Of a stretch of 64,000 nt of DNA, positions 53,181 through 64,000 are shown piece after piece. Under the pieces are notes generated by a model that saw nothing but the letters and a program-made list of their open reading frames with translations, was not told where the DNA came from and did no database searches. Each line of letters begins with the position of its first letter. Positions within the stretch are counted from its first letter, which is position 1. The DNA comes from Tubiluchus corallicola (Eukaryota > Animalia > Priapulida): the NCBI GenBank assembly GCA_030141605.1, contig JAQGDQ010000029.1:620001-684000 (forward strand), read 5' to 3'. The translations under genes were made by a program, and so were the position numbers.

Positions 53181-53316
53181 AGAAAGAAAGAAAGCAAGCA
53201 AGCAAACAAGCGAACGAGTTGGTGAGTGAGTGAGTGAGTGGGTGGGTGGGTGGTTGATTGATTGAGTGAGTGAGTGAGTGAGTGAGTGAGTGAGTGAGTG
53301 AGTGAGTGAGTGAGTG
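53181..53316. repeat. Compound tetranucleotide repeat (AAAG/AAGC/GGGT/GAGT)
   Basis: Read directly from the sequence. Confidence 0.9.
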
Positions 53317-54005
53317 ATTATTATTTAATGCTTAATATTTATATTAATAACTACACACACTTTTGTAAAAAAAACTTCAGTTATGATCACCAGCGCACGT
53401 ATCCACCCAGCATGTGCATCCAATCACTAAACCAATGCTTCTACATAATTTATGCAAATGTTCTTTTTTATTCTGCCATTTTCATAAAACGCGGTAATAG
53501 CAAACCCTTTAGAAGCTTTTCCGAACCTAGCTTCAAATATCCCAGAATTTACAAGATTGATTTGGCTTATGATTACGAGCTAGCTAGGTGAACGGGAAGA
53601 GTTAGCCTATCTGTATTCTCACGGTTCGGCAACCTTTTACAATGTCGCCTTTTTCAACAGGCGTAAAAATTCGATAAAAATGGCTGTCTTATCAGCCGTG
53701 TTCATAATTTATTTTGACACAAATGGATAGCCATCGATTATTCTCTGTTGGCAATTTAACACGCATAAGTTTCGTAATAACTTTTTCAAATAAAAAGCGG
53801 TGTTGTAGGGTACGTGTACTACCGACACTAGTGCTGTAAGCACTGTTGGTGCTAGTATAATTCAATATGTAAGTGAATCTGTTTGACAAGTAGAAAAAAT
53901 ACACAGCTTTTTGATAAAGAGACTAGAAGGCTTAACATCGCAAATGCTCTTATACACGTAGTATAATAATCTATAGAACCTTTTGTATCGAATATAGAAT
54001 AATAA

Positions 54006-54314
54006 TCTATACTCTATAATAAAATCTATAATCAATAATATATGTAACACCAATTATGACAGAAGGCGCGACACCGGTCTGTGAAGCCCACCAAATCACG
54101 TGATACAGCTGTGCCAAGTGAAGCCATTGGCCTCTATACCCAGTTTTATCGATCACAGCGGCACTTTCACTGCTTACATACAAGAAATTTGCTCAAATGT
54201 GATTTGTGGGTTACTGCTCTCACACATAATGCATGGAGGGCCCTATTTAGCAATCACTAATTGAGTGTTTACCGTTGTGGCTTCAGCAAAAGTAGTGCGG
54301 CTTGGGTTAACTAG
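54006..54314 (+). mobile_element. Possible short non-autonomous Helitron
   Basis: A|TCTATACTCTATAATAAAA start and CTAG|T end fit the Helitron termini rule; the subterminal hairpin is not convincing. Confidence 0.25.
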
Positions 54315-54419
54315 TCCGTTGACACTCACTAGAAAGACTGCTAGGGATAATGTTCTAGGAGGCTGTTGCTAGGAGGCGGTTCATTCTTTTAAAAGCTTCT
54401 AAATATTTGAAGAAATAAA

Positions 54420-54601
54420 ATGAAAAAGAAAAGATGGAGAACAGATTTAGGAAGAAGTGGGGGAGAAAAGGGCGTGGGGGAGAAACATGGAAAGCAGTGA
54501 ACGAAAAACTCCAAAAAGAAACACAAAGAAGTGAGAATAAGGAGAAGAAAGGAAAAGGCTAAAAAAGAGATGTATATATATATAAAGAGAAAGAGAGTGG
54601 T

Positions 54602-54673
<72 letters not shown>

Positions 54674-54676
54674 AGA
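54420..54676. repeat. Purine-rich tract ending in (GA)n
   Basis: Read directly from the sequence. Confidence 0.9.
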
Positions 54677-55434
54677 ATGGAAGCCGAGAGATCGACTGAG
54701 AGAAACACAAAAAATGGGCAATCAATCGCTGTTGAATACGGACATTCCTCGCTTGCGTATTTGTTCTACATATTTGAAGCCGCAAGACGAAACATTCTAG
54801 CTGATTTCGTCATCCACTCGGCCTTGAGGACTCTGCCCTTCTGTGGCTTTCCTGGACAGTGCTAACTAATTACTTCTGTAAATTGTTTATTTTTGGATAA
54901 TGCCCCACCTGAATATCGTATAAAATTTACCTATAATGAATTCCTGGATAAGCTTTTTATGTATGAATCCTATGGCGGATCGTGCACGTGCATAGTTGTC
55001 GGACTGAAAAACAATGTTAATACCGTTGCCGTTGTTATTTGATCACGACAGGCGAAAAGAAGCGAAAAGTATGTACCGATTTACACACAAGCAAGCCTAC
55101 TTATTGATGTTATATGAACTCGAAGATGTTTACTAACTTTAACAATTCCTTAATCACCAGGTCGATCGGCAGGTGCTAAATTGTCTGTACTTTCCGCTAA
55201 TAAAACAGGTGCGACGCGTATTGATATATTTTTGTTCTTACCAAACATTAGCATTGATAAACTCAGTTCTTATCGTCGTGCCCATGCGTGATCTACAAAC
55301 CTAACTTGGATATTTCTGATCGACTGAAGGTAAACAAACTGAAAGGTGTCATCTATTATAAACTTTGTAAAGTTTTATAAAGTATGCATAAAGGTATACA
55401 ATGTACGTTCAATGTAGTGCAGCAAACATGCTGC

Positions 55435-55601
55435 AAATGTTTGTAACTTTTATCACACGTATCGGTACTCTGCATTCAAGTTGCATTGTGCGCTTAACAT
55501 GCTTAATTTAGATGGATGTGGCGGAACCGAGACATTGTGAAAGATAATCTTTTAAGAGACACTAAACTGGTAAAAGTATTTCAACTGCACCGTACGAATA
55601 C

Positions 55602-55645
<44 letters not shown>

Positions 55646-56164
55646 TCTCAGCAAGCTAAATCACCTAAAGCAGTTTTCCTGACGGTCAGCAATTTATTTA
55701 CTGACTAATTGCCAAAGTTTAGTCGGTAAGCACACCATTTGACCATTCAGTTATAATCAAGCCTAATATAATTTCAGTGCACAATGAACAGCTCAGCTAT
55801 TTATATACTCAAATTTATCGGTTATGTAAATGACTGTGTAAACCCCACATATCAGTTAATTGTCTTACATTGCACCAATTGAAATAGGAAAACTTTCGTC
55901 GCAGGAAAATAGTTTCTAACAAAACAAAACTTACTCTACTGTCACGTGGTCTTCAGGGCTGCTTTCACAGATAACGCGAAAACAAACAGAGGTATAAAAA
56001 TGTTTGTAACTTTTATCACACGTATCGGTACTCTGCATTCAAGTTGCATTGTGCGCTTAACATGCTTAATTTAGATAGATGTGGCGGGACCGAGACATTG
56101 TGAAAGATAATCTTCTAAGAGACACTAAACTGGTAAAAGTATTTCAACTGTACCGTACGAATAC

Positions 56165-56202
<38 letters not shown>

Positions 56203-56723
56203 GCTCTCAGCAAGCTAAATCGCCTAAAGCAGTTTTCCTGACGGTCAGCAATTTATTTACTGACTAATTGCCAAACTTTAGTCGGTAAGCACACCCTTTG
56301 ACCATTCAGTTATAATCAAGCCTAATATAATTTCAGTGCACAATGATCAGCTCAGCTATTTATATACTCAAATTTATCGGTTATGTAAATAACTATACAA
56401 ACCCCACATATGAGTTAATTGTCTTACATTGCACCAATTGAAATAGGAAAACTTTCGTCGCAGGAAAATAGTTTCTAACAAAACAAAACTTACTCTACTG
56501 TCACGTGGTCTTCAGGGCTGCTTTCACAGATAACGCGAAAACAAACAGAGGTATAAAAATGTTTGTAACTTTTATCACACGTATCGGTACTCTGCATTCA
56601 AGTTGCATTGTGCGCTTAACATGCTTAATTTAGATAGATGTGGCGGGACCGAGACATTGTGAAAGATAATCTTCTAAGAGACACTAAATTGGTAAAAGTA
56701 TTTCAACTGTACCGTACGAATAC

Positions 56724-56761
<38 letters not shown>

Positions 56762-57118
56762 GCTCTCAGCAAGCTAAATCGCCTAAAGCAGTTTTCCTGA
56801 CGGTCAGCAATTTATTTACTGACTAATTGCCAAACTTTAGTCGGTAAGCACACCCTTTGACCATTCAGTTATAATCAAGCCTAATATAATTTCAGTGCAC
56901 AATGATCAGCTCAGCTATTTATATACTCAAATTTATCGGTTATGTAAATAACTATACAAACCCCACATATGAGTTAATTGTCTTACATTGCACCAATTGA
57001 AATAGGAAAACTTTCGTCGCAGGAAAATAGTTTCTAACAAAACAAAACTTACTCTACTGTCACGTGGTCTTCAGGGCTGCTTTCACAGATAACGCGAAAA
57101 CAAACAGAGTTATAAAAA
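55435..57118. repeat. Tandem triplication of a ~559-bp unit
   Basis: Units start at 55435, 55998 and 56557. Units 2 and 3 are almost identical; unit 1 has several substitutions and a longer (TA)n. Confidence 0.97.
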
Positions 57119-57150
57119 CTATTGTTGCAAGAGAGCATTTGTAGGCCTAG

Positions 57151-58081
57151 CTGGTTTTTCCACTGGGCAAACTAGACAGTTGCCTAGGGCGCTAAATTTT
57201 AAGGGGCATGAAATTCTAGAAGTAACTCTTTAATTAAGCGTAACCGCTTAAATGCACAACACTTTAATTAACAGAAACGAACTACATCCGTTATTTTCCA
57301 GGCAAAACGTATGGTGATTCAATGACGGCTAGAGAATGTCTTCCCTCGGCAAAACACTTCCTACTTTTGCTTTATCTGGTTTCCTAAGATTCCATTTCAC
57401 GCAGACTTTACTAACGCGTTCTGCCCGCAGGTTCTATTGTATTCGTAGATCAGCAGAGCTACATAAGTGCTTATAGTAATGATAGTAATGGTCTTTCCAT
57501 TAATAAAAAGTTTCTCACAATAGCATCCATCTATTTATGGCAGACAAATCCACAAGAATCGAAGTCTTCAGGAGAGGTATACAAGAATCATAAGGTAAAA
57601 AAGCTGGCAAGTAGCGACAAATGAACAGCAAAAAAATCATTAATGAAGTATTTGCAACCAGACCAGAGTTATGGTTGTGAAGATGACGAAACTTGTGAAA
57701 CAGATGCATACGTGAAAAACAAGGGTTTTAAAAATTTTCTGAAGAGAACGCTAAAGAAAAATCTGTCCAAGAGTAGCAGAAATTTGGTTGCTCCTGAAAA
57801 CCCAGAATGTACAATGCGATCATAAACTCAATTTCAAATTCAATCAACACACGCTGTAGATAGGTAATTAAATACACTTAAATATTAAACTATAGTACAT
57901 GTAAATAGAAGCCTAAAATACAGGTACCATAATTATACTTTATTATAATATTATACAAGAAAAATTCAATTTCGGAGTTGTGTTGGAGACCGTGGGGTTG
58001 GTGGGGGATGAGGTTGACCGTTGAGAATGTGGCGCTAAAATACTTCTGCCAAGAGCTTCAAACTACCTAGAGCTGGTCCTG
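57151..58081 (+). mobile_element. Decayed, internally deleted hAT-type element
   Basis: Flanked by GGCCTAG direct repeats (57144-57150, 58082-58088). Right end CCTAGAGCTGGTCCTG and left subterminal GGCAAACTAGACAGTTGCCTAGGGCGC are hAT-MITE-like. Internal broken peptide KSSGEVYKNHKVKK...*..KKSLMKYLQ resembles hAT transposase N-termini. Confidence 0.5.
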
Positions 58082-59148
58082 GGCCTAGTTGCATTATTTT
58101 TCACTTACACAAAAACATTGGTTATTTAGCAGGCGTCTATTATTCTCTTTAGCTGTAATTATTAAATTGCATTAATTGGTAATAATTGCTAAACCCGTGA
58201 TAGTAAAGCGCCTCCACCTCCAGCAGGAAAGTAATCCTACGTTGATTTTACCTGACCCCACGGCCCCACCTGCAGTTGCATCCAACGATTGGTCACACTC
58301 TTTCTGGACAGCTTTAATAATTTGGTTGAAATCTTTTTAATGAAAAGCGCCACGCCCTGCTGCGATTGGGACTGTAAAGAAAGTGCACGTGTTCTGACCC
58401 GCAGGGCAAGGCTTTTATGTAGAGCTACAATGATCAGTTGCTGTGGTCTTGCAATGACAGAAACGTCATTATTTATTCTCTGAAAAAAAGCTTTTCAATT
58501 TAAAATGTAACAAAGACGCGTAGAATTCTTTAACAGTGCCGTGATGGTCTCTATGGTCAACAGTGCAGGTCACAAGGCCCTAGCCAGCGATGGCGTATGC
58601 ATGCGTATTAGTTAAAGGTGCACTACCTTAGAATGCTTCCTTCTACTCGCCGAAAGATGTCATCGGTAGTCGCATTTTGCGCAATAACTACTTGGTTATT
58701 GAAACTCTTTATAGTGTCGGTCATCTACTCAATTGGTATTGTATAAACTAAAGCTAGTGTAATTAAACGAGATATTTAGATGTTAGTTAATACCACGATA
58801 ACGAACTGCTTTGCATTATCGTGAAAATTATTTTGTTAACAGATTGGAAACAACAACTGTATGTAAATAAGCGTCTCTGTCTTTGAACGTTCTTGAAGCT
58901 TATTTAGCTTGTATAAGCTTTGCGGTCAGACCTAAACAACTTGCGTTTATTTATTTATTTACAAGTATTTATTTGTACCTTAACAATTTTTTGTTTTCCA
59001 TCCCTATTCCTAATATAAAACATTGAACGCATGCAGGAAAAGTTTACCTTCTAAAAGTTTTACAAAGTTGTTAAACAACACTCAAACACGAAAATACTTG
59101 CAAAACCCTAGAAAATTGCATGCTCGGCTACAATGCCGCGCCCGTACA

Positions 59149-59322
59149 TTTTCGCGCCACTACGCCTACTCGCGTACTATAAATGCTTGTGTTGTAGCGG
59201 CAGACAATATAGTGCCGCTGTCTAGGCGAGATCGACTTTTGCATTGCACAAAAAACTCATAAAAGATCTGTTTACTATAACGCTCAACAATGTGTTAAGA
59301 AGTTCAATAATACTTATAAAAG
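59149..59322 (+). promoter_or_regulatory. myc: Putative myc promoter: E2F site + two TATA boxes
   Basis: TTTCGCGC (59150-59157) in a locally CpG-rich patch; TATAAA at 59178 and TATAAAAG at 59315; upstream of donor AAG|GTAAGG at 59557. Confidence 0.55.
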
Positions 59323-59556
59323 TCTTTAATGGACTTGCTTGTGTTGTTTTTAGCCATCGGTGTTTCGTCCTTGAACCAGCGGAGTAATACAGCGCCGGTC
59401 CAACAACTCATAGAGAAAATCGAGGATGTGTGTCTTGCTACTCACTCGGTTACACATGCCGGTTAGATGCGTGTGAATTTTGTGTTTGTGCGTACTTATT
59501 TAGCAGCATTTCGTAATTATCTCTGAAAGTACAAGATTTACATAGAGGAAGCAAAG
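59208..59556 (+). other. myc: Putative 5' leader exon 1 of myc
   Basis: Strong donor at 59557 pairs with acceptor TTTATTTTCAG| at 60322. Start inferred as about 30 nt after the first TATA. Vertebrate myc genes also have a leader exon. Confidence 0.55.
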
Positions 59557-60396
59557 GTAAGGCGAGTATTCATACTATTACTGATGAAATTAGACCCATT
59601 TTCAAATTTTTAGGCAAATTTTCTTCTTTGAATTTGGTATCGATCTGTGCAGTTGTTGTTGCAAGCCGTCCACAAGCCTTTTAAATTGCCTGTGAAGTGG
59701 ATGTGAGTGTTGCATTTAAATAGAAGCGTAAAGTCACAGCTAACCAATAATGAATAGTGAGATTAGTTGCTAATTAGCTGCATGACTTTGTTATCGATTT
59801 CAGTAGCAGTTGGCTGCTGTTAAGTTTGCAGAGCAAACTGAACAGCTTGCAACAGTAGTTTCACATTTCGCACAAGTAAATAAAAAAACTCGTGATAGCC
59901 ATATGGGTTTACATGGTCTATGATGCTACTTCTAGAATTTAACAGTTGACAATATTTTTGGCTTAATTTTTCTTATGATAATTTTTTAAGATTGGCTTCT
60001 TTAGAAGTTTAAAACTTTGTATTTTCGCAGTAATTTTTCGGATCAAATTAACCCGGAGTTTCTTAACCATTGTGCTATTTATATATATTTCTTGACTTTT
60101 GAATTTTTAAGTTATTATTGTTTTTTATTTTTAAAAAAGTTTGATTAATTTGCACTTCTACGAACTCATCGCGTCATTCGTTATAATATTTACTTTTTTA
60201 GCTAATTTTAATTTGCCTTTGCTCCGATAACGTAAACGTTAGTATATAAATTCTAATTATATTTCAATACATAACCTATACAGCTGATTTTTAAGGCAAT
60301 AAAAGCTGTAGTTTATTTTCAGATTTCGGTGGTTTTTAACATTTGTACCTGCTAAAAAGCTGGTTTTCAAGCAAACTGGCCAACAGCATCAAAGCC

Positions 60397-61027
60397 ATGG
60401 AAAGCAGTTCGCATTTACATGCACCCAGTAATTCTCTTGGACATTGCGAAGATTGTTTGTTTCAAGAACTTTCCGAATCGCCTTTTTATGCTACTCCTTC
60501 GGAGGACATTTGGAAAAAGTTTGAACTTCCCATGACGCCCCCGCACTCGCCCAGTCATGATCACTATTACGATTCTGATTACTTAGTCGACTCGCAAACT
60601 GATGATTTTAACTTCGGTACTTTGAGAATGTTTGAGCCAGTGAATCAAGAAAACGCACTGAGAAGAGACTGTATGTGGTCTCAGGGCAATAGTGTTGAAG
60701 AACTTACAAAATCGCAGAGACTTGGAACCCAAAAAGCACAGAGTATAGACTCAGTACCTTGTGTTAATAAATCGGTGACAATCGTAACGCCATTATCGAC
60801 GCATTATGAACCGGACTACACTTCCACGATAAGTATGCTACAAGCGGTGGATAAAGTTGATCGATTAGAATATAAACCGACGGAATGTGTTAACCCCATA
60901 CATGTATTTCCTTATCCAGTTAACACCGATCATAGTTACAGCTGTAAAAGCCACGGAGGGGGTTCGAATGTCTCACCCAAGCAAAAGGTCACTGTTCCAT
61001 CAGGGATGCAGACCCCCAGCGATAGTG
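60397..61027 (+). CDS. myc: Myc transcription factor, first coding exon (transactivation region); gene continues beyond the window
   Basis: Kozak GCCATGG; MBI PSEDIWKKFELPMTPPHSPS; MBII LRRDCMWS; MBIII ECVNPIHVFPYP; ends TPSDS-G|GTAAGT (phase 1, the same position as the vertebrate exon 2/3 junction). No EEIDVV or bHLH-ZIP exon found before 64000. Confidence 0.97.
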
Positions 61028-64000
61028 GTAAGTCCTTTCCATTTCATTTCTGGAAAACTTCTACTTAAGGCTACTATAATTCTAATATTTTTAATACTGT
61101 ACAGTACTTCTGTAAGGACTAAGATATGTTACAGTATTAATATGTAGTTTTCTGTCAAGATTTCTACTGTATTTAAAGTCCAGACATACTGATTGTTTTT
61201 GCCCTAGATTCGTTATTCTGACTGATTGTTCTATACATCCAGGCTGTACCTGTTGTAAGCCACTACTGGCTTATGCATAAATAGATAGTCATAAGACCCT
61301 CATGGTCCTCAAAAGAAAGCGATTATCTGCTGTACCATTAAGTGTACAAGTTTACTACAGCACCTGCTGTCTTTGCAAAGTGTTTAACATCATTGTAGGC
61401 CCTTTCCATCCAGCCGTGAATTTCCACGGTAAACGACCTCTTATTACGTATCTAAAGTTGTTTTAGGTTTTCTAAAATTAATTTGTGCTCTGAAATTTTG
61501 AATTATATTTTGCAACTTTTTCTTGGTTAACGTTGGTCCAATCTTTGTTTGGCTTCCGTGAAAGACAAGCCCTATTCTAAGCCATATCCTGTTTGTTCCT
61601 ACCTCTGTATCATTGTAGGGCAAATATGTTTTTTTGGTTGCCTGATATCGAGACCAAGCCTTCTTCCTGTCTGTGCCACTAGTATTGACAAACATTATCT
61701 CGATTTTATAACTGATAGTGGAGGCGCGCTGCTTGTTAAAATGAAGCGTAGGGGTTTGTTGCAGACTTGTGATGACATAGAAACGAGCAACTGTCTGTAA
61801 TAAAAAGTATTATATATTGTTCAACACTTATATTGTAGCAGGAGAGTTTCTTTTTTATTTTGTCTTGTGTAATTTGAACCGACTTATGTTGCATACATTG
61901 AGTTGCGCTGGTACTCGCTAAACTACCAGCGCAACTCAATCAGTCTGTTGCAGTCTCCACGGTGTGCTAAACATTTAGTAGCTCGCTTTTCCTTGTTTCC
62001 GGCTACTTTACAATCCTAATTCATAACGAAAGACCTAACGAATTTATACAAGTATATCGTAACTGAAAGGCACAGTAAACTGATTTAAACAAAAAAATTT
62101 AAGTTATGACAAGCCAAAAAATATTTGGAGAACGAGCTTCAATCTATCTTTATTTAACACAGCTACTAATACCTGCATCTGAACTCACCTTTCAATAAAC
62201 ACTAATTTTCAGCTCTGCTCACCCGGGTAGGGTTGTTGAACGCAGGTGTACATGCATTCTAAATCGCAAAGGCTTCTTTCTGGCTTCTTTATAATGTGCA
62301 GAGTCACCTTGTCCCGGCACGGAACGACCTCCAGAATATTGAATCAATGGCTTCAGTAGCTATGAGGATTAAATGGCGACGGTGCCCTTGGAAAACTGCT
62401 GCAATTTCTATTGATTTCTTTGTGGAAATTTTTTTGGAAAATTTTTGTCGCTGTGCTAAATAGTGAATCTCTACATGCAGTTATAAATTTTCTTGCATGG
62501 CAAGAAAACGTAAATCGTCATTCTTATGCATTTCGAGCACGGTATTTTAATAGTAATTTTAAGTTAACAGTAATTGTAAAAAATTTGCAAAGAACCAGTG
62601 CATGTTTTTTTAGTTCATTATTTGATATCAATAAATGCTTATGACGGGGCCGTTGGTTTCAATTTTTATTACAGCTGTGACAGAAATCAGAGATATTATT
62701 ATTTTTTATTTTTAGGCTTACAAAGGATACTACAGTTATTTTCATTGCATTTAATTTTTGCCGCAAAGTACGCATAACTGCTGATCGATATAAACAAATG
62801 AATTACCTAAAACCGGGGACATTACATGGCTCGCCATCTTCAATTATTATTAACTGATTTCTGGTTGTTCTTTTCTTTTCCTCCATATGGCAAGCAGCTT
62901 GTTGTCAGAGATTATCACGTGACTTTGCACTGTCTAGAGAGTATCGTCTGTATCAATGAAGTAGCGCTGGCTGTATTCAGCCCAGCACATGCCCAAAGTG
63001 TAACCTACTGTGACGGCTGATGTAATACAAGTTTTGTGTGTGTAAACAAACGTACACCGAGTAGTTGATTATCAGGCATTTGAGAGTGGTTAACTAACTT
63101 ATCAGTGATTTGATAACAGATTGCACAGAGAGTCCAGAGTCTCTTGACTTGGGTCCATTGTCCTCGACCACCAGACTTACACAGCCCAGCAACAACCGAA
63201 AAATAGGCCATGTACCTTTTTAGAATTGCAAAACCGTTTACGTGACATATATGAACATTATTAGAATCTTGCTCAGTGTGTTATACATGTTTTCCATTTG
63301 CAAATTTATATTTTGCAAAAACGAGGTTATTAATGCCGCTGAAAGTACTAGTGGTTTCTCAGACCATTCACGTCAAATTTGTTCTCTTCTCAGAAATTCA
63401 ACTAATCAGCTAATTAATCAATCAGTCAACTTGTCGATTAATAAAGAAATGTTGCAGTAATTTCCGGGCAGCTGCTCCCTCTCGATCGTATCCGTTTTAA
63501 TTGAAGAAACTACACTAGTAACTAAGTGTAGACTGATAGCTGGCGTGTGGTATCTCAGCTCTGTGACGTCCACACATCTGGTCGCAGCTCTGGTTTCATT
63601 CCTGGCATATGGAGCTCGTTACACATTTCATTGAGTCACTAGATCAGCGTCTCTTTCGCACCTGTGTGTGAGCGGCAAAGAAGGGGAGAGATTTCGTGCC
63701 ATCGTTGAATATCTTGCGGGACTTGGCCAATGGTCATCTTCTATATCTGCTTTTAGAAATACGTGGTAACTCGCATGAAGAAGTTGTAAACTCTCTAGCA
63801 GTATTAAAAAATAGACAGTTTTTCTACCACCCGAAAGTGAAATGAAAATTTTATTTTACAGTAATTGTTAATACGCGTCTCTCTGAATAGACATTTACTC
63901 ATTAGCGCAGTTAGTCTTGTGCAGTTACTTCATTACTGTTTATTAATTAGTAACTAGCCCACTTCAGCCAAAAGTACAGCGCATGCAACTCATGATTAAA

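Noticed and set aside
56079-56826. Two identical 62-aa ORFs
   Set aside because: By-product of the 559-bp triplication; they cross a (TA)n tract whose length differs in unit 1.
61028-64000. myc bHLH-ZIP exon
   Set aside because: No EEIDV or basic-HLH sequence found; it must lie beyond the window.

Overview
AT-rich, intron- and microsatellite-rich animal (invertebrate-type) genomic DNA; no prokaryotic features or CRISPR arrays. Two protein-coding genes, both on the + strand. (1) 1369-25680: a complete spliced gene with 8 core exons plus 2 candidate cassette exons; every junction is GT-AG and in phase, and the core is about 1371 aa. It encodes signal peptide + Reeler domain + a very large acidic Glu/Pro-rich spacer with 11-12 copies of a 43-aa F-x-S-F-F-G repeat + Thr/Lys-rich linker + DOMON domain + GPI-like hydrophobic tail (FRRS1/SDR2-like, but no cytochrome b561 seen). 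(2) About 59200 to the window end: the 5' half of a myc gene (putative non-coding exon 1; coding exon with Myc boxes I, II, III; the bHLH-ZIP exon lies beyond the window). The ~33 kb between them has no recognisable gene. It holds a decayed Reeler pseudo-exon, a 5S-rRNA-headed SINE with an apparently RTE-derived bipartite body and target-site duplication, tRNA-SINE relics, a decayed hAT-type element, a 3x559-bp tandem triplication, hairpins and long microsatellites; a hAT-type MITE lies in the last intron of gene 1. Most ORFs in the supplied track are microsatellite or chance artefacts. All family assignments come from motif recognition by eye; no searches were run.
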